A stretch of 19,664 nucleotides of DNA from a virus (Duplodnaviria; Heunggongvirae; Uroviricota; Caudoviricetes), in IMG/VR virus record IMGVR_UViG_2667527633_000005; one strand, given 5' to 3'. A model generated the notes under the pieces. It saw nothing but the letters and a program-made list of their open reading frames with translations. It searched no databases and was not told the DNA's origin. Position 1 is the first letter of the stretch; every line of letters starts with the position of its first letter. Below, piece after piece: positions 14,440-19,664 of this stretch. The position numbers and the translations under genes are program-made.

Positions 14440-14606
14440 TTCTTGAAGAGCGAATGGTGATGGCGGAAAGGTTATTAAGCTACAATTTATATTCTGTTGG
14501 GAAAGTTGCTGAGATATGCGGTTATGAAAATACGTCATATTTTGTAAGTGTTTTCAGAAGATATTTTGGTGTTCCTCCCCACAAATATTCATCAAGATTT
14601 TTTTAG
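14440..14606 (+). pseudogene. AraC-family regulator, C-terminal HTH remnant (5' part deleted at the IS junction)
   Basis: Frame encodes ..MAERLLSYNLYSVGKVAEICGYENTSYFVSVFRRYFGVPPHKYSSRFF*, the second HTH of AraC/XylS proteins; no N-terminal part upstream of the IS; left boundary approximate. Confidence 0.55.
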
Positions 14607-14684
14607 AAAAACACATGATGTAACGTGATGCGTTTTAATGATTTTGTAATTTTCGTATTTGATAATTTTATGATGCTTTCAGCT

Positions 14685-14716
14685 ACGCCAGAATAATCGC
14701 TGGCGTTTTTCTTTTT
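14685..14716 (+). terminator. rho-independent terminator (ACGCCAG-aataatcg-CTGGCGT + T-run)
   Basis: 7-bp stem 14685..14691/14700..14706 followed by TTTTTCTTTTT; downstream of the AraC remnant. Confidence 0.6.
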
Positions 14717-14812
14717 GAATAGATGTTCAGGCCTTACGCTAATGTAACTTCTATACCTTTCCCTCTTCGTTCCGAACCGTGTACACCATCCGTTATTTGC
14801 GGAGGTGAGGCT

Positions 14813-15028
14813 ATGAAATCCATGGACAAGTTAACAACGGGCATTGCCTACGGCACCTCCGCAGGCAGTGCTGGCTACTGGTTTTTACAGTGGCTTGATC
14901 AGGTCAGTCCATCACAGTGGGCTGCTATTGGTGTGCTGGGAAGTCTGGTTCTGGGCTTTCTGACTTACCTGACGAATCTGTACTTCAAAATAAGAGAAGA
15001 CAAGCGTAAAGCTGCGCGGGGAGAGTAA
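14813..15028 (+). CDS. class II holin, phage 21 S-type (dual-start MKSM motif)
   Basis: [71 protein letters not shown] is near-identical to S21/EssD-type holins from memory; GGAGGTGA RBS; the track ORF starts upstream at 14723. Confidence 0.9.
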   Translation: MKSMDKLTTGIAYGTSAGSAGYWFLQWLDQVSPSQWAAIGVLGSLVLGFLTYLTNLYFKIREDKRKAARGE

Positions 15029-15032
15029 TTCA

Positions 15033-15377
15033 ATGACTCAAAACTATGAACTGATTGTGAAAGGGATCCGCAATTTTGAGAATAAAGTTACGGTAACTTT
15101 AGCGTTACGGGACAAAAACCGCTTTGACGGTGAAATTTTTGACCTGGACATCTCGCTGGACCGTGTTGAAGGTGCCGCGCTGGAGTTTTATGAGGCAGCA
15201 GCCAGAAGGAGCATCAGACAGGTCTTCCTGGATGTTGCTGCCGGGTTATGTGAAGGGGATGAGCTGTCGCCGGAAAAGCGCCCCATAATTTTAGAGGCGC
15301 AGAATGTGTGGATAACCTACAAAGGAAAGCTACCGGGAAGAATTACTGGTTCTCTGAAGACTCCGCCGAAATGGTAA
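15033..15377 (+). CDS. hypothetical protein between holin and endolysin (possibly YdfR/DUF1327-like, from memory of Qin-type cassettes)
   Basis: 114-aa ORF starting 5 bp after the holin stop, same strand; family assignment is recollection only. Confidence 0.5.
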   Translation: MTQNYELIVKGIRNFENKVTVTLALRDKNRFDGEIFDLDISLDRVEGAALEFYEAAARRSIRQVFLDVAAGLCEGDELSPEKRPIILEAQNVWITYKGKLPGRITGSLKTPPKW

Positions 15378-15615
15378 TTTCACCAGCATATTTTTCTTCC
15401 AGTAATACCGCCAGCCACTTGAAAGAATTTTGTTGTTGCTGGGACCATTTGGGGTTGAGTGATTCAAGCTGGAGCGATGCCAGTGTTGGTTGCATTTGTT
15501 CCTTGGGAATTGAGAATGCCAGATATGAAAATGCGACAGTAAGGGCATTTACATCATCCCGAAGCTTGGAAATGCAGTCGAGCAACTCCTGTAGAGAAAT
15601 GGTGCTATTGTCCAT
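15343..15615 (-). CDS. hypothetical protein (90 aa), antisense between the holin-adjacent ORF and the endolysin
   Basis: ATG 15615 preceded by AGAGGA (6-7 nt spacer); reasonable composition; overlaps the 3' end of the 15033..15377 ORF by 35 bp. Competes with plus-strand ORF 15308..15640, which is Cys/Ser-rich and looks spurious. Confidence 0.35.
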   Translation of the reverse strand: MDNSTISLQELLDCISKLRDDVNALTVAFSYLAFSIPKEQMQPTLASLQLESLNPKWSQQQQNSFKWLAVLLEEKYAGEITISAESSENQ

Positions 15616-15720
15616 AAACAATCCTCTCTATTGTATTTAACTATTCCTTGCCTGATTCAACAGGCCGGGACAGATAAACATATCCAGGGTTCAGAAACCG
15701 ATAAATCCTGATAAATATCC

Positions 15721-16254
15721 ATGAACGTAAAAATCAGATACGGCCTGTCGGCTGCCGTTCTGGCACTGATTGCCGTCGGTGCGCCTGCGCCTGATATTCT
15801 CGACCAGTTTCTGAATGAAAAAGAAGGTAACCACACAACGGCATACCGCGATGGTTCCGGCATCTGGACCATCTGTCGGGGTGCCACGGTGGTGGATGGA
15901 AAACCCGTTTTTCCCGGTATGAAACTGTCGAAGGAAAAATGCGACCAGGTTAACGCCATTGAACGGGATAAGGCGCTGGCATGGGTGGAGCGCAATATTA
16001 AAGTGCCACTGACCGAACCACAGAAAGCGGGTATAGCGTCATTTTGTCCCTATAACATTGGCCCCGGTAAGTGTTTCCCGTCGACGTTTTATAAGCGGCT
16101 GAATGCCGGTGATCGTAAGGGTGCATGCGAGGCGATTCGCTGGTGGATAAAAGATGGTGGGCGCGATTGCCGCATACGTTCAAATAACTGCTATGGACAG
16201 GTTATTCGTCGTGACCAGGAAAGCGCATTAGCCTGTTGGGGGATAGATCAGTGA
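15721..16254 (+). CDS. SAR endolysin (phage 21 R / DLP12 RrrD-type lysozyme)
   Basis: N-terminal signal-anchor-release segment [13 protein letters not shown]; catalytic E-D-T region [20 protein letters not shown]; overall near-identity to RrrD-type lysozymes from memory. Confidence 0.9.
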   Translation: MNVKIRYGLSAAVLALIAVGAPAPDILDQFLNEKEGNHTTAYRDGSGIWTICRGATVVDGKPVFPGMKLSKEKCDQVNAIERDKALAWVERNIKVPLTEPQKAGIASFCPYNIGPGKCFPSTFYKRLNAGDRKGACEAIRWWIKDGGRDCRIRSNNCYGQVIRRDQESALACWGIDQ

Positions 16255-16718
16255 GCAGAGTCGCCGCGATTATTTATGCTCTGGTTATCTGCATCATCGT
16301 CTGCCTGTCGTGGGCGGTCAATCATTACCGTGATAACGCCATCGCCTACAAAGAACAGCGTGATAAAAAAGTCAGTGAGCTGAAGCAGGCGACCGCCACC
16401 ATTACTGACATGCAGCAACGCCAGCGTGCTGCTGATGTACTCGATGCTAAATACACGAAGGAGTTGGCTGATGCGAAAGCTGAAAATGATGCTCTTCGGC
16501 GCAAGCTTGATAATGGTGGTCGGGTGCTCGTCAAAGGAAAATGCTCTGTGCCATCCTCAGCCGAAACCTCCAGCGCCTCCGGCATGGGCAATGATGCCAC
16601 CGTCGAACTCTCTCCAGTTGCTGGACGAAACGTTCTCGATATCCGGGACGGAATTATCCGCGACCAAACAGCACTGAGAACGCTTCAGGAATACATTAGG
16701 ACGCAATGCCTTCGATGA
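16251..16718 (+). CDS. rz: Rz i-spanin
   Basis: GTG 16251 overlaps the endolysin stop (GTGA); N-terminal [19 protein letters not shown], then a coiled-coil periplasmic domain (..[20 protein letters not shown]..) and C-terminal Cys; the track ORF starts at TTG 16236. Confidence 0.85.
   Translation: MSRVAAIIYALVICIIVCLSWAVNHYRDNAIAYKEQRDKKVSELKQATATITDMQQRQRAADVLDAKYTKELADAKAENDALRRKLDNGGRVLVKGKCSVPSSAETSSASGMGNDATVELSPVAGRNVLDIRDGIIRDQTALRTLQEYIRTQCLR
16471..16677 (+). CDS. rz1: Rz1 o-spanin lipoprotein, embedded in the +1 frame of Rz
   Basis: [19 protein letters not shown] (lipobox VVGC) followed by a proline-rich segment [11 protein letters not shown]; fully inside Rz, the classic embedded arrangement. 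Confidence 0.75.
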   Translation: MRKLKMMLFGASLIMVVGCSSKENALCHPQPKPPAPPAWAMMPPSNSLQLLDETFSISGTELSATKQH

Positions 16719-16873
16719 TAGCGATAATTTTACTCATCATCCTTCACATCTGGCTCTGTAGNNNNNNNNNNCCTGTCACGCCCGGATTTTTTACAGGCGT
16801 TACCTCATTTTCATCTTTTTCATTCACTGCTCGCTGACGACAGTTACGGGCAGATTATCCATAAGGAACAGGT

Positions 16874-17509
16874 ATGAAATTACTCATCACAGCGGCGCTG
16901 GTCGCCAGTCTCAGCATTATCTCAGCGCCCCCGGTCCTCGCTGAAAATATCGTGGGTTCAGTCAGAACCTGGAAGTCCATGCAGGCAGATGGCTGGAAAT
17001 CCGCTGATGGATACGATGATAACCATATGCATAACGCACTCTATCAGGCGGTTGTACTCGACAATTATCCCTGGACGAATCACTTTTTTCTTCGCAGCAG
17101 AGATGGAGGCTCGCTTTATCTGGCAGACAAAAAATCCCTGACGGTCAGATACATTGATATAAAACCCCGTGACGAATATCCGCTACATCTCCGGATTATT
17201 TATCAGGGCAATAATGAAGGACAGGGCTGTTATTTCGCTGTCGTTGATGACCGGATGGCTAACTACTGGACAGCCGTTGAAGACAAGCTGCTCTACCAGT
17301 ATCCCGCCGTTGAAAATGTTGATGAAAAAGCGGCTGAACTCAAAAAACAGTTCACGCCGGAAGTCATGATGATGGTAAAGGACAATTGTGTTAACAAACG
17401 GCAGCAGGCAGCGCTTGCAGCCCGGCGTACTGAAAAAGACAGGGAACTGCAACAGTGGGTGGCACAGCAGAGTCTTGCTGAGCTATGCCGTCGTACCGGT
17501 AACTGCTGA
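16874..17509 (+). CDS. exported hypothetical protein (cleavable signal peptide)
   Basis: MKLLITAALVASLSIISAPPVLA-ENIVG.. signal peptide; 211 aa; AGGAACAGG RBS; no family recognised. Confidence 0.6.
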   Translation: MKLLITAALVASLSIISAPPVLAENIVGSVRTWKSMQADGWKSADGYDDNHMHNALYQAVVLDNYPWTNHFFLRSRDGGSLYLADKKSLTVRYIDIKPRDEYPLHLRIIYQGNNEGQGCYFAVVDDRMANYWTAVEDKLLYQYPAVENVDEKAAELKKQFTPEVMMMVKDNCVNKRQQAALAARRTEKDRELQQWVAQQSLAELCRRTGNC

Positions 17510-17547
17510 CGCAGTCAAAACGATATTATCAGCAAGGGATCAACGTC

Positions 17548-18003
17548 ATGAAAAAAACATACCCGCGTATTGTTGTCACTGTTCTGGCCGTTATCAGTGC
17601 TATCAGTGTTTCCGGTTGTGACAGCAAGGAAGATGCTGGCGTGAAAGCGATAGCCCGATTTAAGGACCTGACTCCACCACCGTTCAGCGATGTGGTGGCG
17701 CATAAATCCGACATCGTGCAGGAATGGGTAAAAAAGGATGCCTTCGGCACGCCGCAATACACGGTAATGAAAACCCGCCAGTCGCCGGAAGGCTGTGAGT
17801 CCGGCAGTTATTACTACATTGCCGATATGCAGCAGAAAACGGTGCAGCCGCTGATAGCCGCCCTGTGCCTTGCTGACAATATCGCCCTGAGCTTCCGGAT
17901 TGAGACCGACAGCTATACGGGTGAGAAATCGGTGGTGTATTCGCACGATGGCAAGGAAATGGGGAAACTCTACCTGCCGGAGAATCAGGAGAACAACCCA
18001 TGA
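17548..18003 (+). CDS. lipoprotein of unknown function
   Basis: MKKTYPRIVVTVLAVISAISVSGC.. with lipobox VSGC; 151 aa; AAGGGA RBS. Confidence 0.6.
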   Translation: MKKTYPRIVVTVLAVISAISVSGCDSKEDAGVKAIARFKDLTPPPFSDVVAHKSDIVQEWVKKDAFGTPQYTVMKTRQSPEGCESGSYYYIADMQQKTVQPLIAALCLADNIALSFRIETDSYTGEKSVVYSHDGKEMGKLYLPENQENNP

Positions 18004-18460
18004 GCCATAAGCTGAAAGGTGTCGTCTCTGCTGCAGCCCTGAATCTGTATTTACTGACACCGGCCCATGCTGATGTCTCTGGTGGTTTTCAGGGGCTATC
18101 AAAGGCGGCATTCCGGCCTACATCCGCGATGTAAAACACAACAACCCCTTCTGGTGTAACCAGTACAGGCTGGTGCGAAAGATGTGTGAAGTGGTCGCGC
18201 AATCGGAAAACGGGCGCGTCGCCATCGTCAGAATGGTCCCCACCGACTGGAAATGCCCCAACGGTATCTGGGGTGTGGTTGACCGTTCTGATGGTGATGC
18301 CATGGAGCTGGTCCCGGCGGCGAAAATGTCCCTGGAGCAGTACTGCAGCAAGGCATTCAGTGCAGGTTTTGTCAAACTGAAGAACAGGAAATCACTGGCC
18401 GATGTCGTGATGTACTACAACGGCAGGCCAGTCGATTCTTTCGAATACCTTGAAGAATGA
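18000..18460 (+). pseudogene. periplasmic protein gene disrupted by an apparent 1-nt frameshift (or homopolymer sequencing error)
   Basis: ATG 18000 gives signal peptide MSHKLKGVVSAAALNLYLLTPAHA then stops at 18132..18134; the -1 frame is open from 18074 to 18460 (..GAIKGGIPAYIRDVKHNNPFWC..EYLEE) and has no plausible start of its own until GTG 18173. The switch lies near the T4/G4 runs at about 18085..18095. Confidence 0.45.
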
Positions 18461-18526
18461 ACTAACCCCCGGCCTCCGGGAGACGCTTCCCGTATTCACT
18501 CAACAGAATAAAAAATAAGGAAAAGA

Positions 18527-19066
18527 ATGAACTGGCATTATGAGAAAAATGGCGTGCGTCATGACAATGTGACCGAAGCCGACATAACCGAACGCATTCA
18601 GCGCGGAGAGTTGAATGCATCAACGCTGGTATGGCAACAGGGAATGACAGAATGGCAGCCGCTGTCAGCTACACGGCTCGCAGAAGTGCTGAAACAAAGT
18701 GCGGTTCCCCCCGCGCTCCCCGGCCATCGTATCCCCGGTGGCGTGGTCTGGACGCTGGCTTTTGCTCCCCTGATTGGGTATGCCCTGGAAATATGGACTG
18801 CAGGGCTGAGCGGAATGGAATTTGAGGAAGCGTATGCCGCAGTAAGTGAAGGGCAATACTGGTTTATCACGCTGATACTGAATATTGCGCTGGGATATCT
18901 GGATGAACGGCGGCTCCGTAAATCCGGCGTGGATACCACCGCCTTTGGCTGGCTGGCCTGGCTGGTACCGTTTTATCTGTGGCGTCGGGCAAAGGCCCTC
19001 AGTCAGAAACCGGCTTACTTCTGGGTCTGGCTGGTCGCGCTGATACTGGTACTGCTGACTGGCTGA
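18527..19066 (+). CDS. DUF4339 (GYF-like N-terminal domain) membrane protein
   Basis: N-terminus MNWHYEKNGVRHDNVTEADITERIQRGELNASTLVWQQGMTEWQPL is the pattern I associate with DUF4339; C-terminal half has several hydrophobic helices (..WFITLILNIALGYL.., ..FWVWLVALILVLLTG). Confidence 0.55.
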   Translation: MNWHYEKNGVRHDNVTEADITERIQRGELNASTLVWQQGMTEWQPLSATRLAEVLKQSAVPPALPGHRIPGGVVWTLAFAPLIGYALEIWTAGLSGMEFEEAYAAVSEGQYWFITLILNIALGYLDERRLRKSGVDTTAFGWLAWLVPFYLWRRAKALSQKPAYFWVWLVALILVLLTG

Positions 19067-19160
19067 TGGTTATTCAGCAGAAGGAATGCTGAACATCACC
19101 GTTTAATTGCAATCGCTATTATCAACACATTAACAGTATTCATTACTTAAGGACAATATC

Positions 19161-19664
19161 ATGAGACTGTCTCACTGTATTCTCACCGCAGCCATACTGG
19201 CTTCCGCGTCAACAGCCCATGCCCTGCCCAATATGTGGACCAGCGGATTTGGTCAGGGCGTGACCGAATATATCATTACCAGCCCGGATAAGGTGGTATT
19301 TAATCTGAATTGTACTGGCAATCCGGATGCGCAGAATATTCTGCAACACAGCGTCTGGCTCACCCTGCCTGATGGCACTTCCGTCAATTCCAGCGATGAC
19401 GGAACAGAGATAACGGTCGTCATGGATAACAGCCAGTACCCCTTACCGTCATTCCTTGGCTGGCGAAACGGTGACAATGCCTGGGTGTCATTTATTAATG
19501 CGCTGAGTCAGGCTGCGAATTTTGATGTTTACGTCAACGATAAAAAAGTTGGCTCCTTTAGGGAAGGTGCGAATAAGCGGGGAAATTCTTCTCGGCTGAC
19601 TCAGTCATTTCATTTCTTCATNNNNNNNNNNCTATGTACAGGCTCCATCAAGGGTAAAGCGTGA
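19161..19664 (+). CDS. exported hypothetical protein (signal peptide); 3' region interrupted by N-run 19622..19631
   Basis: MRLSHCILTAAILASASTAHA-LPN.. signal peptide; the frame passes through the N-run, so the C-terminus and stop are unreliable. Confidence 0.45.
   Translation: MRLSHCILTAAILASASTAHALPNMWTSGFGQGVTEYIITSPDKVVFNLNCTGNPDAQNILQHSVWLTLPDGTSVNSSDDGTEITVVMDNSQYPLPSFLGWRNGDNAWVSFINALSQAANFDVYVNDKKVGSFREGANKRGNSSRLTQSFHFFXXXXLCTGSIKGKA

Larger units (their letters stand above)
13724..14440 (+). mobile_element. IS1-family insertion sequence, divergent isoform, apparently 3'-truncated (no right inverted repeat found)
   Basis: Left end GGTGATGCCTCTAATTAGTTGAG.. at 13724 resembles the IS1 IRL; insA, the A6C frameshift motif and insB are present. 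Nucleotide similarity to IS1 stops near 14440 and no inverted copy of the IRL occurs downstream. Confidence 0.7.

Noticed and set aside
14440-14470. Intact IS1 right inverted repeat
   Set aside because: No inverted copy of the left-end sequence (GGTGATGCC..) occurs after insB; nucleotide similarity to IS1 ends near 14440, so the element is called truncated.
15308-15640. 110-aa plus-strand ORF between holin-adjacent gene and endolysin
   Set aside because: Cys/Ser-rich product with no RBS; the overlapping minus-strand ORF has a strong AGAGGA RBS and a more protein-like composition, though neither is certain.
17515-18111. 198-aa minus-strand ORF overlapping the lipoprotein gene
   Set aside because: His/Arg-rich translation with no RBS; the opposite strand encodes a protein with a textbook lipoprotein signal peptide and lipobox.
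6-19631. Four runs of exactly 10 N (6..15, 11164..11173, 16762..16771, 19622..19631)
   Set aside because: Not biological features: scaffold gaps or masked bases. They limit confidence in gene order across them and in any ORF that reads through them.

Overview
19.7-kb enterobacterial (Escherichia-like) accessory region, read from sequence only; all homology calls are from memory, not from searches. Four 10-N runs (6..15, 11164..11173, 16762..16771, 19622..19631) look like scaffold gaps or masks, so adjacency across them is tentative. No rRNA, tRNA or CRISPR was seen. Three blocks: (1) ~258..10970 is a compact (~10.7 kb) integrative phage-satellite-like island, transcribed almost entirely on the minus strand. 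It carries a P4-type integrase and AlpA, a Bro-N protein, a divergent control region with a ribbon-helix-helix protein, four tiny ORFs, a P4-family primase/helicase followed by an iteron origin, an SSB-like protein, lambda gpE-like capsid and gpD-like decoration proteins, a second AlpA-like regulator, an exact lambda-type cosN and a Nu1-like small terminase. No portal, protease, scaffold or large terminase is present in the window. This island is the main candidate for an undescribed system: a lambdoid-helper parasite that brings its own capsid shell and packaging specificity. (2) 11175..16760 is a lambdoid late-region remnant: a Q-like antiterminator and tR'-like terminator, then cargo (divergent blc lipocalin, DUF523/DUF1722 protein, truncated IS1-family element, AraC fragment), then an S21-type holin, SAR endolysin and Rz/Rz1. 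(3) 16772..end is a run of exported proteins of unknown function, one apparently frameshifted.
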